Shown: piece by piece, positions 12,125 through 24,956 of the stretch
Layout of the letters: each line of letters opens with the position of its first letter
How positions within the stretch are numbered: position 1 is the first letter of the stretch
DNA from: Phyllosticta citribraziliensis
Lineage: Eukaryota
DNA length: 64,000 bases
Direction of reading: 5' to 3'
Assembly: GCF_038025025.1 (NCBI RefSeq)
Contig: NW_027117349.1
Coordinates: 868,001 to 932,000, forward strand
Position numbers and translations under genes: made by a program
The notes under the pieces: generated by a model
What the model was told of the DNA's origin: nothing
Seen by the model: the letters and a program-made list of their open reading frames with translations, nothing else
Databases searched by the model: none

Positions 12125-13206
12125 ATGACAACCACCATGACTACCCACCCCATCTTCAGCTCCGAAATCGCCGCGAAAGAGCAACCCCTGCCGCAAGGCG
12201 TATACTGCCCCGTCATAACCCTTTACGCGCCAACAGCGACACAAGAAGTCGATCTCGATGCCACTTACACGTACGCACAGTATCTAGTGCGAGCAGGGCA
12301 GCACGGGCTCGTGTATCTAGGGACGAACGGCGAACTTGCGCTGCTGACACGGAGCGAGCGGGTCGCCATTGTCGCGACAGCACGGCGCGCGGTGTCTGAT
12401 CTGGGGCTCCCAAAATATCCGCTCGTGGCGGGTGTGTCAGCGCCGAGCACAAAGGAGACGATTGAGTGCGCGGTCGAGGCGGCGGACGCTGGCGCCAATT
12501 TTGCGTTGTTGCTGCCCCCGAGCTACTGGGCCAAGAGCGTCACCGAGGAGGCATTGTTGGCGTATTATCGCGATGTGGCGAGCGCGAGTCCCGTCCCGGT
12601 TGTCATCTATAACGTAAGTTAGAGTGAACACGAGCTGATGTTGCGAATGTGCTAAAGTTTGCGGCACGGCTGCTTTAGTTTCCAGGTGTGACCGGCGGTA
12701 TAGATCTGAATTCAGACCAACTGGCGGCACTGGCAGAGCATCCCAATATTGTCGGCGTCAAGCTCACGTGCGGCAACGTGGGCAAGGCGGTGCGTCTGGC
12801 GAGCAAGTTCACGCCCGACCAGTTCCGCGTCTTTGGGGGCGCGTCCGACTACCTGGTCCCAACTCTTGAGGCAGGCGGCTGCGGCTGTGTCACTGGTCTC
12901 GCCAACGTCTTTCCCAGGTCCACTGCTACCATTTATGATCTTTGGAAGAAGGGCGATGTCGAGGAAGCCAAAAGGTTGCAGCAGGTCGTTTCTAATGCCG
13001 AGTGGGCATGCAAGAAGACGCTGGCGGCGACAAAGTTTGGCGCGTGGTGGTTTATCGGAAGGAAGATTGGCCTGGATGAGCGTTTGGCGTTTGCGCCGCG
13101 GAAACCCTACTTGGAGGCGGACTCGAAACTGCAGGCTTGGACGATTGATACAATGAAGGTTCTGGAAGATTGCGAAGACAAGCTGCTTTTGAAGGAGATT
13201 TCTTGA
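12125..13206 (+). CDS. DHDPS-family aldolase (2-keto-3-deoxy-sugar acid / 4-hydroxy-2-oxoglutarate aldolase-like)
   Basis: Motifs GTNGE, PPSY and YNFPGVTGGIDL (across intron 12614-12678); Schiff-base Lys in VGVKLTCG. Confidence 0.92.
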
Positions 13207-13823
13207 GATCAGGCACTGTGGCTTGATCTGTTGAGCGCTTCGGGCGTTCGTGGACATGTTCAGAGATCATTCTGGCTTAGGTGGAATATCCGTGTCTGGA
13301 GTTTTAGCGCTGAGATCTTTCCAAATTGAAAAAGAGAAGGCTCTGGACTTACCTGGCTCCAACACGCTATGCAAACGCCTCTGCTGCTCAGTAATCATCA
13401 GTGTCAAGCAAATCACGCATGACAAGCCTAGCCTAGAGCCAGCAAGCAAGATTTTCGGGTCTATTATCTATCGGTCCTATCAATCATCGTATCCCTCGGT
13501 CGAAAGCCATGATACCTTTCCTGAAGCAAGATGAATGGGTCATCTGTTCAATGCAATCCCCAAAGCAAGGTCGGCAGCTACTCTGCTCGATTCAACTCCC
13601 GGAAGCAAAGTCTGCAGCCTCTGTGTCCATTTGCCTCTCAGTGCAAGTCCCATGCTGCCAGTTAACGCCTGCTTTGTTGGAAAAAAGTCATTAGGGTAGA
13701 AGAAGGGGTGAAGCTCAAAAGTCTATCGCCCATGCAAAGCTCATGGATGTCATGAGGATGCAAAATGACTGCTGTGCCCATATCGTACATTCCAAACTCC
13801 AGCATTAAGGCGCTGGCTGCAAA

Positions 13824-16152
13824 TTACCACCAGTTTCCGGGGACAGAAGCTCCCTGGCCTGATTTAGATCGCGCAGTGGAGTTGCCGTTCGGCTTCGGCT
13901 TCGGCATGTAAGTCTGGACACTGATCATGCGGTCATGCAAGACTGTGTTGTTCCCAGCAGACCGGGCGTGCTGAGCATCGGCAGCGCTCGCGAAAGTGAC
14001 GATAGCGGAGCCCCTAGAAGCACCAGCCTTGTGCTTGAGCATGAGCACGTCTGTGACGTTGCCAAAACCGTGGAAGAAGTTAGCGATATCGCTATCGGTC
14101 GCTCGCAACGACAAGTTGCCGACAAAGACTTTGCGTTGAGAGGTCGGGGTGGAGCCTCCAGATGTCGTGTTGGGAGCTGATCGGTCGAACGGAGAGCCAC
14201 TGTTGGATGCTTCTGCTTGGGCCAATGCATCAAAGTTTCCAGCTGAGTCGTCCTCGCCATCACTGCTCCAGCCCTCCGCCTCGTCTTGAACACGAGCAAC
14301 AGTTTCAGCCAAAGCTTCTGAAAGCCGTCTGTCATGTGTCTTCTTCCTTTCCTCTGCAAGTTCCTTGGTACCGCGGGAGGCAGCTTCTTGCACGCAGATT
14401 GCAAGCAGAGCTTGCATCGTGTATACTGCATCGTTTCCGCCGTTGTGAAGACGCCATCCGATGATGTCACAATCACACAGAATCCTGGCGAGTGAAGTTC
14501 CCTGAGTGTCGCGCTTCCAGTGTTGATGCAGTTGCTTGGTATCGAGCTTGTCGATCAAGTTGCTCAGGTTCAGCGGATTGTAGCCCAGCTTCTGCAGGAA
14601 CCTAATGTCGCCATCTGGATCATGGGCAACGAAAATTATGTTCCGCTTCTCTTCTTCATCCCAGTCAGAGGTCTTTGCATCAGCTGACCACTGCGCTTGA
14701 GCCTGTTCGGGCGTGAGGTCGGCCGAAAAGGGCGGGCGGAAGCAAGCTGCGACCACCCTGGGCGCCTGGTTAAGACGGACAAACTCGCTCTCGCCAAACA
14801 AAAATCCATCGGGACAGCCGTCAACGTGCCGATAGTTGACGAGGTGAGCATGTTCGTCAATGCGGTAATGGCGGGCGCGAATCAAGTCGTACCAATTCTC
14901 AGCATTTTTTCCGGGAGGCTTGTTGATGATATCCTGGACATCGAGCGTCGCAACTCCGACTTCGGTGATTTTGGAGTTGTCCATCTCATAGGCTTCGACG
15001 TCGACACTGACGAAAACGACATTCTTTTCGAATGGATACGGCGACGCTTCGTCGACGTTGATCGGGGGATGCTTGGACGCATTTGCACCTTCGGCGGGAG
15101 AAGGATTGGATCTGGAGGGGCCTGGATGCAATTAGCGACTGGAGAGCGATTTCAAAGTGAAGATGTTATGCTTACTTGGAGAGCCAGGACGCACACCGAG
15201 GTATCGCTGCGTCCGTCTGAATGAGCGTCCCCAATTGTGCTGCGCGAGAACACGATTTTCCTTACGCCTGGCCTTGTTTGCCTTGTTCTTGGCCTTGTTG
15301 AGTTCGAGGGATTCTTCAATCATCTCCTTGAATGCTTCAAGCGTTGGCATGTCCGGGGGAGATCTCCTCAGGTTGCCAATGCCGTTGTAGGACACAGGAG
15401 GGACCGTGCGCTCCATCTCGCTGTATTCGTCGCGAGAAGCGGAAAACCCGAGATAGCGCGGCGTAAGGCCTGGATGAGGAATGTCGATGATGAATCCGCA
15501 GTCGCGGTAGTAGTCGGTCAGTTGAAAGTCAAGGTTTCGAACTTTGGAGTTGATTTGACGAATCAATTCCTGGAATTGGGTGAGTGTGATGAGAACCAGC
15601 GGTTTACCTCCGACTTGAGGTTCTGAGTAGATGTAGAATCTGTGAGGTTGTCAGCACTTGATCTGTTCCGTGAGAAGGTTGAAAGGAAACATACAAATCC
15701 CAGCCACGGTTCCAGAATTGGTTACGGTCGAAAAACTTCTTGGCTACCTTTTCGGAAAAGTCCCTACTGAGGAACTTGTAAGGGAACTTGCTGGCAAGCG
15801 AGATGTAGATGTAGGACTCTCCGTCAGGGCCGTAATCGCCGCAACGCAAGTCCAGACGCTGCTCCGGTGCGGGAGGCAGGTAGAAAGCTTCAGGCTCGGA
15901 CTCAGAGTCTGACGGAATAGAGGAGGGTTGGTGGGGGGTATATTCGTCGGCTACCGCAGCAGTGGTAGAGTTAATATGGGTCTCTGGCTGTGAGATGCTT
16001 GGATGCACAAGAGTTTCTTCAGCAGGCTCCTCAACAGCAGCCGTGGGTGGTGATGCCTTGGACGGCTTGTCAGGAAGCGCTTGAGCTTCAACTTCGAGCA
16101 GTTCAAAGAGGCTCTCGAGCAAAGCTTCTTTTGATGACACGGGCATGGCCAT
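13824..16152 (-). CDS. qip: QDE-2-interacting protein (QIP)/Gfd2-like DEDDh exonuclease with a C-terminal RRM, about 739 aa
   Basis: Exons 16152-15695, 15639-15176 and 15121-13824 (2220 nt). QIP-type N-terminal KFPYKF..FWNRGWDL and RYLG; nuclease motifs SVDVEAYE, AHDPDGD, LDT and LHNGGND; RRM motifs VFVGNL and RGSAIVTF. Confidence 0.85.
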
Positions 16153-16922
16153 TGAGTACGTGTCGAGTTTTACGCTGCTTGACACGTCGGCTCAGATGCC
16201 ATGTAGGTCAATGCCCCGCGCGTGACTGCCCTGAGGCGTCGCTCGGCTTCTGACAATGGTCGCCCAATAGGAAACCACCAAGAGTGGTGAGAGAAGCAGG
16301 CAGGTGATTGACGAGAGAGAAGCAGAATGTGAGTCCAGAAGAGAAAGGGCGGACAGACGCGCAGTGGCAGAATTGAGGAATCAGACTTGCCTCGGGTGAT
16401 GATCTGGGATGGGACGCAGAGGTGTCAGATGGCGGTGGCCTCTGGCTGGATTTCGAGATGTTGTGGTAGGGAGAGGAAGGGAGCGTGGGATGGTGTTGTG
16501 GGCAGTGGTGTTGATGACTTGGTTGCAGGAGAAGGAATCTTAGCTCAGAGTTGAATGAGAGAGGTTGAGAGCAGAGGAAGATATCTACAGGCATGCATTC
16601 ACAAGGGCAGAGAGTGGACCTGAGATTCTCCATCCATCGGGCCGCCCTCCCTGCACTCCTACCGGTACAGTAGCAGCAACGCGGTCGGTGATGGACGCGA
16701 ACGCGAAGTCAAGTGCCCTGCCTGCCCCATTTAGGTCTACCGCGCCATCCGGCCGCACTTCACCCGGCCCGCGCGCGACCCCCGGCCGTGAACTTCCATG
16801 TCATCACACTGTCTTCCCTTCACTTCCTTCACTCCCATTCAGCTGTCCCTGAGCTGCCAGAAGCTCTCCTCGCATCCGGATCTCGACTTCTCGGCGACCA
16901 ATCCGCGCCACACTATGTGATC

Positions 16923-19516
16923 ATGGCCGATGCTGACATGGCAGACGCGCCAGCCGACACGGCTAGCTCCCAACAACAGGCCCAGTCGCATCCTGATGCG
17001 CAAGCGACTGTCACCGATTTCCTCGACTACACCGAATTCTACCCCTCGGACCTCATTCGCTCCATGGCCCTGATAGAGAAGCTCGACAAGCACTACCACA
17101 AAGCCGCTGCGCGAGTCCACGAGCTGACAACGCTCTATGGCAAGCTTCCCACATTGCCTACCGCCGAGCGGCCGGAACCAACAACATTGCGAAGACAGAT
17201 TTCAGAGGCTCTCAATGAAGCCGAGCGCGCGAGGGAGTCATCTTTTGCCGAGGCGGCCCGTCTGTACGAGAATACTGAGCGTCATGCTACCAGACTAGTT
17301 ACAATCAAGAAGAAGCTCCAAGCACTGCCGGAACCCCCTTCGCGCGACCCTACTCCGGCACCCGCTCCGTCTCCACAAATGTCACGAACACGAAAGCAGG
17401 AGAGCGACCGGACGCCTCGGATAATGCTACACATGGACGTCCCCCGGGCTCGGCCTACGTCCACAGCGCGTGTTCAAAAGCACCGGGAGAGGAAGCGCAA
17501 GCGCGCTCAGCAGGCTGCGTTAGGTGTGGTTCCTGGACAGGTATTGCCCGATCGAGGCGACACAGGCTCCCCGCAACCAAGCAACGTCTCGGATTCGGAT
17601 GAGGAGCGGTCCATTTCTCCCTCGGAGGCTCGTCTCAACCAAACCGACGCAGCAGGAGGAATCATTACCGACAAGGCGGGAATCAAGCAGCCAAAAATCA
17701 AAGGTCCGAAATTCAAAGGCCCCAAGCCTCCACGCGATCCACGCCCTCCAGGAATGGGGACAAATGTTCACAGCCAAATTGCAGGTATCTCCACAAGCAA
17801 CGCTCTCGCGCAGTTGACTCCGCCGCCGCCCGATGCGAGACCCGGTACCAGACATGCCCCCTGGCACAAACTCACCGAATACGAAATGGCCGTCCTCCGC
17901 AAGACGATGAAGAAGAATGCTATTTGGCAGCCGAGCGATACAATGATACGGCGGGAGCTCTCCAGCAAGGGCCGCGGATGGGAGAATTACAAAAAGGCCA
18001 AGGAGCACGCAGAGAGGACGGGAGAAGCCTTCATAGATGAGTCACCCATGGACCCCAACAAGGAAGTCCTCGACCCCGGCGAGACGAGCTTCAAGCCGCT
18101 CGGCAAGGAAGACAACAACTTGATCAACCGTGGTATGAAGCTAAACGAAATGAAGAAGCTCAAACGAGAGGCTACACTCAGAGAGCAGGCGGCCCGCGAC
18201 GCCATGGAGATTGAAGACGCAAGTCGTCGCGTGGCAGACGCCGGTGCCGTCATCAAGAACCTATTTGACGGGCCTGCACCAACGCCGATTGCAGTATCAA
18301 AGGACAAGGCGCGCCCTCCGCGGAAGCGGAAAAGAGACTCGACTCCTGACATCACCAAGTTCAATGGCAAGGAGGATGCGGCGCAACCGCCCGACACTGC
18401 GTCTCGTCCGCCAGGGCCAAAGAAGATCAGGCTGGCACCCCCAGCACCTCCAAAGAGCAACGAAAACTCGGCAGCCCCTTCGCCCGTTAACGCTCAGCCT
18501 GAAGAGGCTCCCGATGCTCCAAAGACCTCGACTTCACAAGTCCCTCTTGCTCAGCCAGGTCCCAGTACCTCGAGAGCACCAAGTGTTGCCTCTGTGCGCA
18601 ACGCATCTCCCGCACTTCCGTCACCAGTGGATTCAAATGTTCCACCCAATCCCCCGAATCCACCGCCAAACGCTACCGCTGCGGCCTCCCGTTCTCGACG
18701 TGCCTCGACTGCCCCGCAATCTGCCTTGTCGAATTCAGGGGATGGTACTGCTGCTCCTGCGGCTGAACTCCACCGGGCAACAAGTCGGGCAATGAGTCCA
18801 GCTGTGCCTGCGAACACGTCGCAAACGCTCCCGCGAACCCGAAACGGTACCTCAGCCAAGGCAGCCTCTGAAGAAGCTCCCGTCAAGCGCGAATTGCGAG
18901 AACTTCGCGATGTGCGACGTGCCAGCAATGTCAGTCTGCCATCGCCAGCGGAGCACCATGCAGCCGCGCCTGTTGCGACATCTGCTCCCACAGGGACTCG
19001 CACTTCTGGGCGGCGCAGCAAAAGACCGGCGCCGGGCCCCATCACTGGCGAAGGCCTTGGGAAGAACAAGGTCGTCGTGGGCAAACGGACGGCGGCTCCC
19101 AAGAAGAAGGGCAGCAAGAAGTCAGAAGAGAAAAATGATGGCGCGCAGGGAGCCAACCAACATGGTGACGATTGGGCCGAAGACATTGATCCAAATGAGG
19201 AGCGATACTGCATCTGTGGAGACGTTAGTTACGGCGTCATGATTGCCTGTGAGAATGAGGAGAATGTAAGTCCCCGATCTTTTCTGCAAATTCTCTCCAC
19301 GACCGCTACTTCACCAGCACCCCGGTATGATAACACAACTGACACTGCTCCCAGTGTGAAAAGGAGTGGTTCCACTTACCCTGCGTGGGCCTGGCCGACA
19401 TTCCCAAACGCCGCGAGAAGTGGTACTGTCCAGACTGCCGCACGATGCTCAAAATCGACGAAAAGGGCAATCCAGTCGACGCAGCTGGTGCTGGTGGTGG
19501 TGCTGGACGGCGATGA
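16923..19516 (+). CDS. ING-family PHD finger chromatin protein, about 834 aa
   Basis: ING N-terminal helix DFLDYTEFYPSDLIRSM. C-terminal PHD YCIC..MIACEN-EEN-CEKEWFH..C..WYCPDC is restored by intron 19266-19354. Confidence 0.92.
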
Positions 19517-20437
19517 TGCTGATGGATGATGATCACATCCAACTCTTTCTTTGACTTTGAGCTCTGTTTCTGGTCTTGTTCTGGGATGCAAAGGCGAGAC
19601 TGTGCTGGGCGTCATGGTGGTGGTTCTGCCTACCTGCTTGATGGGTGGGCATGGGCTTTTTTGCTTGAGTTCGTGTCGTTTGTATTGATACCTCGTCTTT
19701 TCTTTTTCTTTTGAGTCGGGACCGGATCGGACCTCGCTGTCCCGACTCTCTTTCTCTTCTTGCCTCTGGTTGTGGAGGCTTTGCGGAGCGGAGACTCTGG
19801 TATTCTACGCCAGCATCTCTCTCCAAAGGGGCATGGATCATGGGATATGTAGAACACCAACACTCCTTGAAAGAGATGGCAGTCCGCCCGCCATGTTGAA
19901 TCCTCCTCCACATCCGTCCACCGATGTACCCATCCTCAATACCACCACCCTTCTGTCTACGTACATGACGCATCTATCAACCGATCTGTCTGCCTGTCTA
20001 TATCCTGCCCCACACGCATAGGGTAATAGCCGCACGAAACGCAGACGACGTCTCAGGAAGGCGGGTGGGTGGGGGGTGGCCGCGTGCGTTTCACGTTTCG
20101 CTTTGTTTTGTTTGCCGAAGCGAGCGAAGCCCTCGGTCTCGCTCGCCTCGCTTGCATTATTCGCATGTTCCCCACCGGCGCCGCTGCCGTCTGTTGTCTG
20201 TGGCTCACTGACCGTTACAAGCCTGACTGCATGGTCGATGGTCTGCTTGACTGTCTGCCTGTGTGCGATGTCCACGGTGTGTGAGAGCGTAGGCGTCTGT
20301 AGGATGGATGGATGGCAGGCGGTGGGCAGTCCGGGCTGCGGGTTTGAGAGACGAGAGAGGCAGAGGGGGAGGGAGTGAAGATCAGGGGTAAACCGCGTTG
20401 CTGTTGAGGCTGGGTCGCGCGGGAATGGGCACGGCAT

Positions 20438-20465
20438 GGGGGGGGGGGGGGGGGGGGGGGGGGGG
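20438..20465 (+). repeat. Poly-G tract (28 nt)
   Basis: Read directly from the sequence. Confidence 0.95.
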
Positions 20466-22884
20466 CCACGGGGATGAAATATCAAGCGTGATACTGCACC
20501 ACCTCCCTCCTTTGACCTATCCAATCAGAATTGCATTCACATGTCCACAAAACTCGCTGCGCGTCGTCGTCGTCGTCGCAAGTCATGTAGTGCCAGGCAG
20601 GAAGGCAGGCAGGCAGGTAGGCACAAGCTTTCTGAATAGTTCATATGGCAACAATAATAGCGCAGCCAAGCCAAAGAGCCAAAGCAACAGCAATAGCAAC
20701 AACAGCCGCAACACTATCGCCCGCCCGCCTTGCATCGGGCGGTACTGTACATGAACAGGGTCGCAGGCAAGGGTAAGCTGTCTGCCTGCTCGCCTACCCA
20801 CGTACCTGTAGCAGCACGTTTGGCGCGGCTCTGCTGCCGCTGCCGCTGCCGCTGCTGCTGTCGTCCGTCCGTCTGTTTGTCTGTTCGTCTGCCGTACTCG
20901 ACTCAAGCAGACACGGATGGCTGGCTGGGAGGAGGCAGGTAGGTGGTGAGGAGTACCATGCAGATAAACGGGCGGGCGGATGGATGGGTGGATGGAGGGG
21001 AGGGGAGGGGAGGGGAGGGGGGAGAGCGTATATGTCGAGGGTCCACGTGCAATGGTACGTAGAGAGGCTGGGTCGGGTTGGGTTGGGGTTGGGTTCAATG
21101 ATATACTCCTAGGGAGCGCGAAGGCAGGGCAGGCTGGCTAGTGTAGTTCAGTTTACTGGCTAGCTGGTTGGACGACGAACACCCAAACGGACCACAACGC
21201 ACGTTCAGCGCTACTCTGTTGATGGTTGAGCATCACCAGCAACAAGCCTCAAGAGTCGTGGGAGACCTCAGCGCAGCGTCTATCAAAACGCCGACACGGC
21301 TGGTACAAGCAAAAGAAAAAATGTCAAGCTGCAAAACATCGGATCGCCCATCTTCATGTGTCAATTTACAAATTCAATTGCTTTCTTTCATGTGTGCCAG
21401 GCACCCTGTTTGCTTCTGTTTTGCGTCTGTTGTGCCCTTCCTAGCCCCCCATGCGCCGCCCCATGTGCCAAACTGTCAACACCACTCAACCATAGCAATT
21501 AACCGTGAGTGGATGCAAACCAGCAGCGCCATCCAGCGGGGATAAGCAAGACGCCGATTGAGCGCTTGGAAGGGGGTGAGGGAGGGGGCGGGCAGCCGCC
21601 ATTTAAAGGGGGAAAAAGACAACAGCGAACGCTTGGGAAAAAGGAAAAACAGAGAAGAAGGAAAAGCTGGCAGGACGAACAACAAAACCCTTTGTCAATG
21701 TTCCCACTGATAATGGGGAGGAATGAAAGAAAGGTCAAAAAACGCGGCAAAGAAACAGGCCAAGCCAAGCAAGGTAAGGTGAAAGTGATCTGTGGCACCC
21801 GAGATTGTTGAAAACGACGCCAGACTAGGTGCCAAGAGGAGAGAGGAGAGGAGGCGAACCAGGAACGAAGGAAAGAGGAGGATGCCAAGAAAGGAGAGGG
21901 CAGTCTTCACATTCGACAGCGACGTGAGGGAACGAGTCGATAGTCCCGGGCCCGTCGTGTCTGGTGTGGAAAAAAGCGTTGCCACATTCTCCCCATCGTT
22001 GTTGGTTGCCAGCGTGCTTGCACGCCGCAGGGAGGTCAGCCAACCAATCCAGCCAATCCAGGCCACCCAACACAGCCACGGCAAACCGCGCGTGTATTAT
22101 TGGCAGCAGGAGCGGCACGGCTGCGTGGAATGTCTGATGCACAACACCACACTCGCATGGGTGGTCCAGGCCAGTTCATCTGAGCCGCCCCATTCACCCG
22201 CTGCATCGCTCATGGCATCCCGTCTGTCAATCCATTCATTCCGAGATCCGATTTTTAAAAAAGGGAAAAAAACACAAGCCAACCGGTTGGGCGACGTTCG
22301 AAACCAATCTGGCCTATGACTCCACGCACGTTCCTCGAACCTGCGGGCGACGTCCACGATGACGAGAGGAAAAGGGAAGGAAAAAAAGTCGAAGAAGAGC
22401 TTGGCCAAAGCCAAGTTTGTCGGGACGACCCACCCCGCGGTAGAAGACTTGGTGCTTGTCAGAGGGCCACATGGAGTTTAGGCGGAGACGCGGGAATGGG
22501 TTTGCCTGCGGCGAAACCGGTAACAGTTGCAGGTCTCGAGGATGTAGCCGCGGTAATGCCTTTGCCGCCTCCGCCGCCGCCCCCGCCCGGGTGAGGGTGA
22601 GGGAAGAGGATGTGGCGCCGAAAGACTCGTAGTCTTGATAATCATTTGCAGTTAGTCGAAAATTCCGCCATTGTTCTGAATGCACGAGACCAGCAACTTC
22701 GAAGTAGGATCGCTTTTGGGAAGTGTCGCGTGTGGAAAGTTTTTGGGGGCCATTAATTGACAGGAGGTGCTTGCAATGGCAGAGTGCAATGTAAGAGTCG
22801 TGTAGTCTCTTGAAATGAAATTTGCTGCAGCATACATGTCGAATCGCAAGCTCGAGTGCTGGTCAAACCACAATGCGCAGTTGC

Positions 22885-24956
22885 TTACGAAGGTCTGCGA
22901 TCTGCTGGCCTAGGTCGTCTAGGCCCACCCTTGAGCGACTTCATGCGGGTCAAGAAACCCCCGCCAGTCGACTTTTGTTCGCCGTCAGGGCTGTTGCTAC
23001 CGTTAGTGGCGGGCAGGTCGTAGGCCCGCTGACCGGGCGAGCTCGGGGCGCGGGCGCGGCCGGCGGTGGGCCTTGGTTGCTCGGCAATCTTGATCGAGCT
23101 GCCCTTCCTCTCGTATGAGTCGTCATAGTCGTCAAAAAAGGGGTTCCGTTCGTTCCTGCTACCGCTGGCGCTGTGGGTGCGTCCATCAGGGGTGACCTGG
23201 CCGTTGGCAACGGGAGGTGGTGGCGGAGGCCGGCGAAATTCGTCACCGTTGGGGGAGGGCATGTTGCGAGCGGCCATGTAGTCACGTCGAGGCTGCGAGA
23301 TGCCCCGGATGCGCTGCGCCAGCGACTTGGAACGCTTCAACCCGCCGCCGTTGGTCATGGTTTGCTCATTCTCCGACTGCCGTCTCTCGAGATCCCTCTT
23401 GCTAGCAGGGGCGCCTTCCAAAAAGGTGCTGGTGCCAAGACCATTGGACTCGTCGCCATGGATGAATTCAATGTTGGCCTTGGGGTTGTACCAGCCGCTG
23501 GCGCCGGGGACGGCTTGCTTGGGGGGCTCAGCGGCGGCCATCTTGGCGGCAGCAGAAAAGTCGGAAAATCCCTCAGAGCCGCGGCCGTGGAACTGGTCAA
23601 GATTCATCTTGGTGTTGACCGGGCCAGCACCACCCATGACGTTGTTGGCAGAGCCTTCGGGGAAGGCCTGCATCGGGGCATTGCGATCTCTTCCGCGATT
23701 GCGATGGGGGTTGCAGGCGTCAAACGGCCCGTCGTGGTGGAACACTAGAGTCGCGGCCGGTCAATGGCTAGCACCAATTACGTGAGGAGGATGCGACACT
23801 TACTGCTTGGGCCGTAAATGCCTGAAACGTCAAGCTTATCGATAATGTCGAGGCCTTTGGGCTTCTTCACTCGGGGGTCTTTGCTGCGTTCGGTACGCTC
23901 GCGCTCGCTGCGTTCCTTGCGCTCACTGCGCTCGGCGTCGCGCTCGCGCCTTTCCCTAGCTCTCCTCTCCCTTCTCCGTCGCTCGTCGTCGACGTCGCGC
24001 CTTTCCATGACCGACGACTCGGAGTTGCGGCGTGGGCGTCTGGGGGCGGCGTTGCGATCAGGGCTGGCAAAGATGTCGAGCTCCTCGCGGGGAGGGGCAG
24101 GGCGGCGTCCGGGAGGGGGTCTCGAGGCATTGGGGCGGCGACCTTCTTTCTCGGCGGGGCCACGCGGGGGGCGACTGGATGGCGTCGTGCCAGACCTGTG
24201 GACGCCGGGACGACCTGTCATGCGTTAATTGACGGTCTTGAAGGGTCAGGCGACACTTTGGCGTACCAGCAGCAGCAGCGGCGGCGGCAGCCTTTTCGGC
24301 GTCCTCCTTGAGCTTCAGCTCGTTCTATAGGGCGGGGTAATTAGCAAACAGTCGTGGTCGAGAGTGAAGCGACGCATGGCGGTACCATGATGTGAGCCAA
24401 GAGGGATCAACTCGGTTGCGATGGACGCGACGAGCAACCAAGCAAAAAGGGCGAGGTTTTCTTAGTGGAGCGAGCGAGCGCGCGCGAGGGTTACACGGCG
24501 CATGGGAGGAGGCTTTGTAGAAGGGGAAGAGAACGTACGAAGAGCTGTTCGGCGCGCTCGAGGTAGGCTTGTTGCTTCTCCTCCTGAGCAGTGGGCATCC
24601 TGATGAAGGCGGACGAGCGCTGAGGATCGAGTTCGAGCGAGGGCGGGAGATGAGAGTTGACGTAGGAGGACTGTGGTCGCTGGAGTTGGAGCGTGTCGTG
24701 CTCGGCCAGCGACAGAAAGGGGTTGCGCGACTGAGGGCGCGGAGCGGTTGTGCGAGGCGTGGGCAGAGCCGGCGATGGCTGGGGCGAGGCGTGGTTGCGG
24801 AAAGGGTTGTTGGAGGAGAGGTTGAGGGTTAAGGCGGGAGAGGGCGTCCGGTGTTCTAGTAGAGTGGCAATCGTAATCAGGACAAGGATGTTGCGCAAGG
24901 GGACGGGATGAAACACATGGTGTGGGCGGCAGCTCACCTCCTGGGACAACAGACAT
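22885..24956 (-). CDS. pal1: Pal1 cell morphology/endocytic protein
   Basis: Exons 24956-24938, 24855-24539, 24324-24267, 24214-23804 and 23744-22885. Pal1 motifs DIIDKLDVSG, FHHDGPFDACNPHRN, APMQAFP and GTSTFLEGAPA; several NPF motifs. Confidence 0.9.
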
